Of a stretch of 64,000 nucleotides of DNA, positions 37,983 through 49,900 are shown piece by piece; positions within the stretch are counted from its first letter, which is position 1; each line of letters opens with the position of its first letter. Origin of the DNA: Terrimicrobiaceae bacterium (lineage in GTDB: Bacteria; Verrucomicrobiota; Verrucomicrobiia; Chthoniobacterales; Terrimicrobiaceae); contig JBIIPZ010000005.1 in assembly GCA_044342325.1 (NCBI GenBank), positions 1 to 64,000 on the forward strand, in the 5' to 3' direction. The notes beneath the pieces were generated by a model. The model saw only the letters and a list, made by a program, of their open reading frames with translations. It did no database searches and had not been told where the DNA came from. Position numbers and translations under genes: made by a program.

Positions 37983-40900
37983 TTAGAACGAGAAGCCGAG
38001 TGAGGTGCTGATGATGTTGTTTGTGTAGCCCTCGGCTCCGAAGTTCACGTTGTAGAATACCGACGCGCTCCAGCGGTCGCCCACCTTGGCGCTGATGCCT
38101 GCTCCGCCGAAGACGCTGTTGCTGTATGGCGCGCTGGTTTCGTAGTCGAACGATGGGCCGCTGCCGCCTTCGAGGGCGGAGCTGATGTTGCGCGGTTCGT
38201 TGAGGAACTCGTGCATCCAGAACCCGCGCACTTCGGGGATGAGCGTGGTGTTTGTGGCAACTTCCCAGTTGTAGGCCAGGCGTGCGCCGAGGTTCGTGCG
38301 GAGGCTGTTGGCATTCTGCTCGCCGAGCGCGAGGTCGAGGCTGTCGGCGCCGGTTTCCGTGAACCCGCCGATGCCGGCGTAGGTGTATTGCGCGCCGATG
38401 ATCGGGCCAAGCGTGAACTTGCCGACCTCGAAGTCCTTCCCGAGGTTTAGTGCCGCGCTGAATTGGCCGCTGTTCGGATTCGCCCGCGCCGTGCGGTCGA
38501 TTGAGCCGAACTCGATCGAGCGCCGAGTTTGGAAGCCGGTGTAGCCACCACTCACGATGGCGTCGGCGTAGTAACCGTCCTCGTGCGTGTAGCTGCCATA
38601 GAGGCCGAAGAGCGCGCTGTTGCCGCGTGTGCTGCTGCCGCCGTTGTATTTCGCGTAGCTGTATTCGTAGCCCGCGAAGAGGCCTGCCACGAAGTTCTCG
38701 CTCAGGCGGTAGTCGGCACCAACAAGGAACCCGCCGGCGTTGTTGTTGTAGTTCGGAACTCCGGCCAGTCCGCGAGAGATCGAAAACTCGCCGTTGGCCA
38801 TCACCCACGCGTTCCAGTTCGTCTCGATGGCGGATTCCACGATCGGCGAGGCCGTCTTAGCATCCGCCGTGCTCTTGCCGTCCTTGTCGTATTTGATCGG
38901 TTGGCTCAGGCCGATGGATTGGAAGCCTGTCGCCCCCAGACGCAGGGTGCCGAGGCGTTGGGTGAGGAGTTGGGTCTGGTTGTAGGTTTGTTCGATCAAG
39001 ATATCTCCGAGGCTTTCGTAGAAGCCGGGCATGATCTGGTCGAAGGCCGCAGGGAATTGCTCGGTCGTCAGCGAGTCGAGGGCTGTGCCGACGAGGACTG
39101 CATCGCCTTCCGTGGCCAGAACAAAGCTGTCGAGAGCCTTGGCCACATTGCGTTGGTTTGGGTTGAGCGCGTAGGGAACGAAGCTTTCCGGCCCGAAGAG
39201 GAGCGACCCAACCGTTCCAAGGTTCAAGAAGCGCCCGCGCAGGCCATCGGGAACCACGATTGAATCGAACTCGCCCACAATGCTTCCCGCCTGCAGGAAG
39301 TCGTAGCGTGTGCCGGGCGTGATTTTCGCGCCTTCATAGGATTGCGCCTCCAATGTGCCGCCGAGGGTCGCTTGGCCGCTCACGACGATGCGGTCGAAGT
39401 TCGTCGGGCTGGCGATTTCGATGACGGTCGAACTGCCATCGGAGAGCAGCAGGTTGCCGGCGATGCTCAGCGTGCCGGGCGAATTGCCCGGGGAGAGGTT
39501 GCCCAGCACCACAACATTTTGGGTGATGATCAGGCCCGCGCCGCCGAGTGAGGCGAGCGGATCCACCACAACCTCGTTCGCGGCCAATTGCCCATTCACA
39601 GACAGAAGTCCGGCATTCACAAGCGCTGTGCCGTTGACACTCATGTTGCTTTGGACATCGAGTTCCCCAGTCCCAAGCTTGTCAAAATTTCCCGGTGTGA
39701 CGACTGTGCCACCGCTAACAACAGATGCACCGGACTGCACGTTGAGCACGCCTGAGGTGACGATGAGTTTTCCCCCCGTTTCGATGGCGAGCGGAGCATT
39801 GTTACCGAATTTCAACGCATTCACGATGTTGGTTTGGCCCTTTGTGATCGTAGCTTGGGTCACATCGTAGTCGGCCACGACGGGCGTGTTCGGCCCGCCG
39901 TTGTTTTCGATGTTCGGGCCGGTGGACTCGGCTCCAGTGACAGTGTAGACCACAGTTTTGTTGGTCGTTGTGAAACTTCCGAAGAGTTTTGTGTATTCGC
40001 CGTGGGCCGCAGTGAATTTCCCGTTGTCCGCAGTTACGGTTCCATTGGTCGAAACCAGTGTGTAAGCGCCGGAATCCAGCGCTTGCACCTCGCTGAAGTC
40101 GAAGGTCGCGTTGCCCAGGGTGGAAACCGTGAAATTTCCGGCGACATTGATTTTCAAGTCCTGCGCGAGCGGTGAACTTCCCGTGTCGAAGAAGGCAATC
40201 CTGCCGCCGGTCCAATCGAGGTTGCCGCCGATCGAGAGCGTCAGGTTGCCCATGATGGACTCCTGCGAGGAGGTGACGAGGAGCTTGCCGCCATCGAGCG
40301 TGACGCTGCCTGTTCCAAGCGCCTGCGGGGCTTCCACCCAGAGTTTACCTTCCGAGATCGTGGTTCCACCAGTGTAGGTGTTGGTAGCACGAAGCCTTGT
40401 CACTCCCGATCCGACCTGCGCGAAGGAACCGGCTCCGCTGATGACGTTGGAAATAATGGCTTCGTTGGTGCGGTTGACGGCAAAGGTCGCTCCGGAATCC
40501 ACAGAGATGTTGCTGCTGATGGCGCCCGCTGTGCCGCCGAGGGCGAGCGTTCCTGCGGAGATGGTGGTGAGACCGCTGTAGGTGTTGTTGCCGGAGAGCG
40601 ACAGGGTTGAGCTGCCGTTCTTCGTCAGAGCGGAGTTGCCCGAGATGATTCCGCTGATTTCGATGTCGGCAGCGGCGGCATCAACCTTGAGAACATCGCC
40701 TGCAGTCAAATCCATCCCGATGGTTTGAAGATTGCTGGAAGCGTTGATGATGCCGTCCTCGCCGATTTGCAGGGTGTTGCCATTGACGGTGTAGGCACCT
40801 GCTCCTTCGACGAAGTTGAACCCGGAGATCGACGAGAGGGAGGCGGCAGCGAAGTTGTTCGTGCTCGTGCCACCAGGTCCGGCGAATTCGACCTCGTCGC

Positions 40901-43900
40901 CGTTTTCGGGGAACGCCTCGTCCTCCCATTGCGTGGCTATGGTCCAATTTCCTGAGCCGGTGATCCATGTGGCGGCGGATTTGTAATTGAGGACAAGGGC
41001 GGTGTTGTTGGCTCCCAGGCTCATGAAGTAGCGACCGTCGTTTCCTGCCATTCCGGCGGGATCAAACGCGAAGGCTTTTTTCTCGAATCCGCTGATTCCG
41101 CCCTCAAAGCTGCCGACTTCCCAAGACGCTTTCTTCACATCCGCAAGCGTGGCGATGCCGAGCGTGGAAAGGGTAAAGCTGATCGGATTGGCCGACGTCG
41201 CGTTGAGGGTGAGCATTCCGCCCGAGGTGATGAGATCCCAATCCGAACCTGCCGTGCCGTTGAGGGAAGAAGTCTGCCAGTTGTAAATGCCGCCGCCGTT
41301 CCAAAGGCTATTGCCGACGGTGAGCGTGGCGGTGCCATTTCCGGTTCCGGGAGCGATGGTGCCGCCGGAGTTGAGTGATACGGATCCGAGTGTGCCGGTT
41401 CCCTGTAGGACGCCAGCCGATATCGCGGTTGGACCTGCGACTGTTCCGCTGATGGTTGTTTCTCCACCACCGACAGTCAAAGCCCCGCCGATGTTGCCGC
41501 TGTTGAAGAGTGTTCCAAAACTGATGACCTCGCCAGTAATGTTGCCGCTGTTGGTGAAGCTGCCGGAATTGAGCAGCAAAGCGACCGTGCCGTTGTTGGT
41601 GGCAGTGCCATTTCCCAGATTGACGACATTCCCGGCTACGCCGCTTTGTTCAACGCGCAGCAATGCATTGCTCGTCACAGCTGCCACGCTGCCAGCAACC
41701 ACAAATTCGCCATCACCGATCGTCGTATTTCCAGAAACCTGGCCGCTTTGGGCGACCGTTACCGCACCATCGAAGCTGAGCAAATCACCAGTGATATTTC
41801 CTCTGTTGGTGAAGGTTCCGGCGTTCGCCAAAGAAGCTGCAGTGCCGTTGTTCGTGACGGTTGCGCCAACGAGGTTGGTCACACTTCCTGCAATACCGCC
41901 CTGCTGGATTGTCAGGGTGGCGTTGTTGCTCACACCGGCCACCGTGCCGCTCACATCCAATGTGCCACTCGTGATTGTTGAAGTGCCTGCAACCTGACCA
42001 CCGGCTCCGATCGTTGCCAATCCCCCATCCACTCCCAGTGTGCCACCGATGGTTCCCGTGCTCGAAAGCGTTCCGCTCGTCGTCGCGTTTCCGGTGATGT
42101 TTCCGCTGTTGGTGAAGGTTCCCGCATTAGCCAGCGAGGCCGCTGTGCCGTTGTTTGTGCCAGTTGCGGGGGCAAGGTTGCTCACGCTTCCCGCAATACC
42201 ACCCTGTTGGATCGTCAAGGTGGCGTTGTTGGTTACACCGGCCACTGTGCCGCTCACATCCAATGTGCCGCTCGTAATGGTCGAGCTTCCTTCAACCTGA
42301 CCACCGGCTCCAATCGTTGCCGATCCGCTTTCCACGCCCAGTGTCCCACTGATCCGGCCTGTGCTCGAAAGCATTTCGCTCGTCGTCGCGTTTCCAGTGA
42401 TGTTGCCGCTGTTGGTGAAGGTTCCAGCGTTCGCCAGTGAGGCGGCCGTGCCGTTATTTGTGCCAGTCGCGCCGGCAAGGTTGGTCACGCTTTCCGCAAT
42501 ACCGCTCTGCTGGATCGTCAAGCTGGCGTTGTTAGTTACGCCAGCCACTGTGCCGCTGACATCCAATGTGCCGCTTGTGATTGTCGAAGTTCCTGCAACC
42601 TGACCACCGGCCCCGATCGTTGCCAATCCGCCATCCACTCCCAATGTTCCACCGATCCGGCCGGTGCTCGAAAGCGTTCCGCTCGTCGTCGCGTTTCCGG
42701 TGATGTTTCCGCTGTTTGTGAAGGTTCCAGCGTTCGCCAGTGAGGCGGCCGTGCCGTTATTTGTGCCAGTCGCGCCGGCAAGGTTGGTCACGCTTCCCGC
42801 GACACCGCTCTGCTGGATCGTCAAGGTGGCGTTGTTGGTTACACCGGCCACTGTGCCGCTCACATCCAATGTGCCGCTTGTGATTGTCGAAGTGCCTGCA
42901 ACCTGACCACCGGCCCCGATCGTTGCCAATCCGCCATCCACTCCAAATGTTCCACCGATCCGGCCGGTGCTGGTGAGCGTTCCACTCGTTGTGGCGTCTG
43001 CGGTGATGTTTCCGCCGTTGGTGAATGTGCCTGCGTTCGCCAGCGAGGCCACTGTGCCATTGTTCGTGCCAGTTGCCCCTGCGAGATTGTCCACGCTTCC
43101 TGCCACGCCGCTCGACTGAACAGTGAAGGTCGCGTTGTTTGTTACGTCTCTGACAGCGCCTTCCACAAGGAGCGTGCCGGCATTGACGGTTGTGCTGCCC
43201 GAGTAGGTGTTGGCGCCAGAAAGGGTGAGTGTTTGATTGCCTTCCTTCGTGAGCGTGAACCCCTCATACGTCTGATGCGAGATGCCGCCGGAGATGTTTC
43301 CGGAAACCACAAGGTTCGCGGTGTTCGCGGCGAAGGTCTGGTCGGCGCCGAGTCTAAGGTTGAGGGCGATCGTTTGGGTGCTGTTCGAATTGTTGGTGAT
43401 TCCCCCCTCGCCGATCGTCAGGTTCCCCCCAGTGAGCGTAAACGAGCCTGTGGCATTGTTTGTGAAGACGAGCGCGTTGATATTTCCGACAGTCGAGTCG
43501 TTTGTGCTGGTGCCATTGGTGCCGGCGTAGTCCACCGTCACGCCATTGATCGCAGCGAATCCTGTCTCCCAGTTGGCGGTGTTGGTCCAATTTCCAGTTC
43601 CGCCAATCCAAGTGGCCACCGTGGCATAGCTAAAGTTGAGGGCCGTGCCGTTGGAGCTGACTCCAAAGCCATAGATGGCCGGAAGGTTTTCGAAACCGGT
43701 GGTGGTGATGTTGAAGGCGTCCGCTGAGAAGCCTGAGATGCCCCCGGCGAACTCCGCGATTTTCCAGCTGGCATTTTTGACATTCGGATCAAACCCACTG
43801 CCGTTGGTTGTGCTGGCGGCGATGGTGAATTTGTTGGTCGAATTTGCACCGATTGTGAGGCTTCCGGTGGAGCTCATGAGATCCCAGCCTGTGCCTGCGG

Positions 43901-46900
43901 TGCTGTTGGCATTGCCGAGTTCCCACGCGTAGGTGCCGCCACTGTTCCAGGTCATATTGCCAGTGGTGATGATGCCGGCCGAGTTGCCGGGGGCGATGGT
44001 GCCGCCGGAGTTAATGGTGACAGCGCCGAGACTTCCATTGCCCGTGAGCGTCCCACCGCTGTTGATCGCCGTCGTGGCGCCAGCCATGCTGCCAGTGAGG
44101 GATACGGTTCCGGAGTTGATGGCTGCAGTGCCATTAAATGAACTGCTATTGCCGCTGACAGTCAGAGTGCCCGCTCCTGTTTTGGCGAATTCTCCCGACC
44201 CGCTGAGCACACCAGAGTAGGTGCCATTTGTGGTTTGGTTGAAGACCACGCTGGCATTGTTGGTGATAGCGCCTTGGAGGCTCTGGGTATTGCCTTCGAG
44301 CGTGCCCGAAGTAATGAATGTTCCGCCCGTGTAGGTGTTATTACCGGAAAGGGTGGTTGTTCCCGCGCCGAGTTTGTTCACCGCAAGATTTCCCTCCATG
44401 ATCGGGCTGAACGCGTGGGTGCCGCTGTGGTTGAAGTTCACGATGGCCGTGCCATTTCCGGCGGTGACTCTGGCGGCTTGGAGGTTGCCGACTGTGGAGC
44501 CGTTGCCGATGTTCAAGATGCCTGTGGAGCTGGTATTTACTGCCACGGTAAGATTTCCCGCACCACCTGCGATGGACACATTGCCGCCGGTGAGATTCAG
44601 CGTTCCGTTGCCGTATCGGCCAAGGCGCAATCTGTCGGAGTTCGACCAAGTGCCGCCGCTGACATTCACGACGCCGGTGGTGCCGTTGAATGTGGCAACG
44701 AAGCCAACCACATTCGTTACGGTGCCACCGGTGATATTCAGTGTTCCATTTCCGGAACTGCCCACGCGAAATTCGTTCGCATTCGTCCAGTTGCCGCCGC
44801 TGACATTGGCTACCCCAGAGCTTCCAGAAGAAGCCCCTATGTAGCTGTAGTTTCCAGTATTTGAAATGAGTCCGCCGGAGAGATTCAGCGTTCCATCTCC
44901 GGAATCGCCCACGGTGAAATAGTTGGAATTCGTCCAGTTGCCGCCACTCACATTTGCAACTCCCGTGTTGTCAGCGTTCACGCCAATGTTGCCTCGCGCA
45001 TTGGAAATACTTCCACTCGCGAGATTCAGTGTGCCATTGCCGATATTCGTGTCTACCGATGCATGCGAGATACTGCCGTTGCTGCTAATGGAGAGCGTGC
45101 CGCTGGAAATGGTGGTGCCGCCGGTGTAGGTGTTGTTGCCTGTGAGGGTGAGTGTGCCGTTGCCCGTCTTTGTGATGGATCCCGTGCCACTTAGGTTGCC
45201 GCTGTAGGTGGAATTTTGCGAATTCGCACCAATTGTAAGGGAGTTGCTACCGGTTGTGATGTTGCCAGTGCCTGAGAGACCGCCGAAGTTGTAGGTGTTT
45301 GTGCCGCCGACGGAGAGTTGAAGCGGGCCTGAATAATTGCTCAATACGACCAGTGTGGAGCCAGAGAGGGCATTGACATTCGCGAGACTGAGAGTGGCGC
45401 TATATCCCATGGTGGTGTTGCCAGTGTATGTGTTGTTCCCCGAGAGAATCGTGGTGCCTTGGTCAATAGTCGCGCCCACGGCTCCGGCGAGGTTGGCGGT
45501 GATGTTCGCACTGCCGAAGACGAAGCCATCGGCAGACGAGGTGAGTGTGCCGGAGCCGAGGATGGATCCGCTTGTGACGGTGACTTTTCGGACGGTTTGG
45601 TTCGTGGCGTCCATATTGAGCAGGGCATTATCCACAAGCAGGTTGGCTGACGCCGAGGACAGCGTGGCATTGGCGCCAAGCACGAGATTGCCACCGGTGA
45701 CCGATGTGGAGAAACTGCGGGTGCTGTTTCCATTCAGGGTGAGCGTGCCGCTGCCGTATTTCACGAGGCCGACCGCACCGCCGCCTGAAGTGAGGCCCGT
45801 GGTGTCGCCAATGTCGTCATTGATGACCAGGTCTTCGCCGTTGGTGTCGATGCCGAGAACGGATTTGTCGAGGAAACCTCCGGTGGAACGGTTTGCGGTG
45901 ATGAGGTTTTGGATGAGGGTGGAAACCTGAGTCCCATCGAAGCCGGCCGAGCCAGTTCGAAGCGAGAAGATGCCGTAGGAATCGACGGAGATATTTTCCG
46001 GAGTCCAAAGCGTAGCATTGCCACCATACAGAGAGCCCACCGTCTGGAACTGGAGCTTGGCATTATCCTTGGTCGGAGCGCCAGAATTGCTGGACGGGGA
46101 GGGCGATTGAGTCCCAGACCACGCCAATCCATCAACGGTCGTTCTCCCAGTATAGGAGTTATTGCCGCTGAGGAAGACGATCTCGGGCTCGGAAACATAA
46201 TAACTCGAGCCGGAGGTGTTTGTTTTGATCAGTGAGGCATTGCCCGAGAGATTGGCCGTGGCATTACCTTTGACCATGGTGTAGTTCCCAGTGGCTATGA
46301 AAGCGCCGCTGCCACCGGCGAGCAGGCCCTCCTTGAGCGTGATGTCCACAAACTGCTGGGAGTAGTTGCCGACATTGAACCCATAAGAGGCTGAGCTTTT
46401 GGAGTCAACGACGAGGTCGGAACTCGTGCGGAGGGCGTTGTTACGACCCAAAGTGACCGTTCCCTCAAAAATGCTCAACTCCCCGGTAAAAGTATTATTG
46501 GCATCGAGGATGAGATTTCCGTCGCCGATTTTATCCAAGCCGAGCACACCACCATCCGGGCGGTCGGTGATCGTGGTGGTGAGAGTAAAGTCGCTGATCG
46601 TGTTTAAGCCGATCTTAGCGTTTGCCGCCAAGCCGCCAGTGCCATTTTGGGTCAGGTTGGAGAAAATCTCGGTGATTTGTGCATTGTTGAATCCGCTGGT
46701 TGCGGTGCCAATGCCTGTTCCAAGGGAGAGTGTGGCATTGGCGCTGACGCTGATTTTTTCCTTGGTCCATGAGGCATTATTCCCGCTGTAGAGGGACTGG
46801 ACATTATCAAAGGAAAGGATACCGGAATTGATCGTGATATTGCCTGAGGAAGTGTTGTTCCCCGTGAGATAGACGCGCCCATTGTCATAACTTATCGATT

Positions 46901-49900
46901 GAGAACTGTAACCGTAGGCGTTTTTTTCCAAACCAGCCGTTCCGGCGAGGCCAGGAGCGATGCTACCATGTTGCAAATCATAGCTTTGAGCGGTAAGGGA
47001 GCCGCTGCCGGTTACGGATCCATAGCCGATGGTGAAGTTGCCGATTATTTGATTGCTGCTGCCGATGGCGAATGTGCCGATGTTCGACACAGTGACACTT
47101 CCTGTAGAAGCCAGCGTGCCGCCGGATATATCGACAGTGCCTATAGAGACTGAGGTGCCTCCTGTGAATGTGTTGTTACCGGTCAGCACGAGAGTTCCGT
47201 TCGCTCCCGACGGATAGTGGGGATAAGTAAATGTGGTGCTCAGTCTTCCATTTCCACTAATGATGCCGTTGTAGGTTCTGGTTCCTGCATAGAGTGATAG
47301 ATCGAAGACGAGACTGCCCTCATTCGCGACATTGCCCGAGAGAGAACCTGCTCTGTATGATGATGGGGAGTAGGGGTTGGTGGGATCAATAACTCCGCCG
47401 ATGGTCAAGGTGCCGGATTGAATGGTGGTGCCGCCGGTCATGGTGGCATTGCCGGCGAGGATCATATTTGCCGAATTGCCGACGAGGAGGTTTCCATTTC
47501 CAGAAACCTCGGTCTGGTAGGTCCCATAAGTGCCCAGGAGCAGTGTCCCATTATTGGTAATGTTGCCTTTGAGGCCCAGGCTGTTTCCTGAGAGCGTGCC
47601 GGTTTCGATGAAGGTGCCTCCTGTGTAGGAGTTATTGCCGGTAAGGGAGAGGGTGCCTGAACCGAGCTTTACAAGCGAGAGGGTGCCTGAACCGGTGCCC
47701 GTGCGATCCTTGAAGATGGTGCTGAGCGAGGCATCGCCTCCGCTGGTGTCCAGCCCGATTCTGGCCCCGGCGGCGATGCCGCCCGAGGTGGTTTGGCTCT
47801 GGGTGAGGTTGGTGACAAGTGTGTCGATATTTGAAGAGGAAAAGGCATCGGTGCCACCCACGCCTAAAGCCATGGTGGAGCCGGTGGCTGCGGTGATGTT
47901 GCCGGAGGTCCAGCGCGCGGAGTCGCCTCCGTAGAGGGATGTGGAAGTGAGGAATGTGAGCGCGCCAGCTGAAATAGTTGTGCTACCGGTATAGGTGTTG
48001 TTGCCCGAGAGGATGGCGGTGCCGGCGCCGGTCTTTGCGAGTGTGGCATTGCCGGCGAGGTTTGCAGTGGCTGTGCCTGATTGCACGGCGTAGCCCGATG
48101 CCGTGAGGGTGCCGCCATTTCCGGTGATCGAGCCCTCAGCCAAGGTCACTCGATTAAATGTCTGGTTATTCGAGCCGAGGGCGAGCGTGCCGCCTTGGAC
48201 CGTCAGGTTTCCGGTGGCGACAAGGAGGTCCGAGGAGGCAAGGGAAAGCGTGCCGCCGCGGATGTCTGTGGCGCCGGTGTAGGTGTTGTTGCCTGTGAGG
48301 GTCAGCGACCCATCGCCGAGCTTGACGAAGCCTACTGCGCCGCCGCCCTCGCGGTCTGCAGTCACCTCAGTCAACGACATTTCCCCAGTGACATCCAAGC
48401 CCACGCTGCCGCCGTCAAGGATGCCCCCCGCCGTGGCATTGGATGTGAGGGTTTGGAAGATCGACAAGGCTTGCTCTTCCGAGAAGGAACCGTTGGCGCC
48501 GACGGATAGGGCAAACGCACCGCCGCTGTTCACGATGATATTGTCGCCGGTCCAAGTGGAATTGTCGCCGTTGTAAAGCGAGGCGGGCGTCCCGAAGACA
48601 AGCACGCCGCCATTGATCGTGGTCGTGCCATTGTAGGTATTCGTGCCGGAGAGCGTGATGGCGTTCGTGCCTGTTTTTACCACCTTGCCCGAGCCCTCGA
48701 TGCCGCCTTCGTAGAGGGAGTCCGTGGCATTAGAGCCCATCGTAAGAGTATAGGAGCCAATATCGATCGTGGACCCGGCGACACCAGAGAGGGCTTCAAT
48801 GGTTTGGTTCGCGCCGAAAGCGACCGATGAGGTGGCATCGATGATCAAGTCGCCGGGCAGGGCATTCGCCACGGCCAGCGAGAGGAAGGCGCCGTTATTA
48901 AGGAAGGTCGGGCCGTTGTAGGTGTTGGTGGCATTGAGCGTGATGTTGCCGCCATTGAGAATGAGGTCGGAGTTTTCCGCCGAGCCGGCGATGACTCCGT
49001 TCACTTGAATACCGCCTGCTCCGCCGGCAAGAACGAGGATGGTTCCGTTTTTCGTGAGTGTGCCGGTGAGCGTGAGCAGGCCGCTTCCGGTGTTCATGAC
49101 AGTATTGTTTCCGGAGCCGAGGGCTTTGATGTTCTTCGCAAAGGTTCCCGCCGCGCCGGTGTAGTTGAGCGTGCCCGAGGTGGAGAGCGCCACGCCGAGA
49201 TCAACGCTCGCATTCGTGCCAAGCGCTTGGGTGTTCGTGCCGGTGGCGCTCGCGTTGTCGAATGAAACCGTGCCGTCCTCAACAATCGTCTTGCCGCTGT
49301 AGGTGTTATTTCCCGTAATGGAAAAATTTCCAACGCTGGATTTAACCACACCACCCGTTCCAGCCAGCAGTGCTGAAATCGAACCGCTTTGGATGTTGAA
49401 GCCGGTATTGGCCGTGAGCGTTCCTGTGCCGGTGATATTGCCGCCATTGAGTGTCAAGGTGGAGAGGGTTTGATTGTTCGAACCGAGACTCAAGGTGCCG
49501 GCGTTGTTCACTGCCAGATTTCCACTGGTAGCGAGGAGGTTGTCGGATGAGAGAACGAAGGTTCCAGAGTCGACAACCGTGCCGCCCGTGTTCGACTGGG
49601 TGCGATTGAGTGTGACCGTGTTGGAGCCGAGCTTGAGGAGCACACCGGTGCCGGAGGAGTTCGTGGAAAAGGTGAAGTCGTCCGATCGGTTTAGAGCCAG
49701 CGTGCCGTTATTGGTGATGTTTGCCGAGATGAGGCCCGTGCTCCCACCGTTGCCAAGTTGGAGTGTGCCGCTTTGGATTTGAGTGGATCCCGTGAAGCCT
49801 GGGAGATCCGAGGCTACGATGAGCGTGCCGTTGCCGGCCTGAACGAGCGTGCCGTTCCCTGAAAGCCCGTCGAGGAAAGCTTCGCCTATTGAATTGTAAG

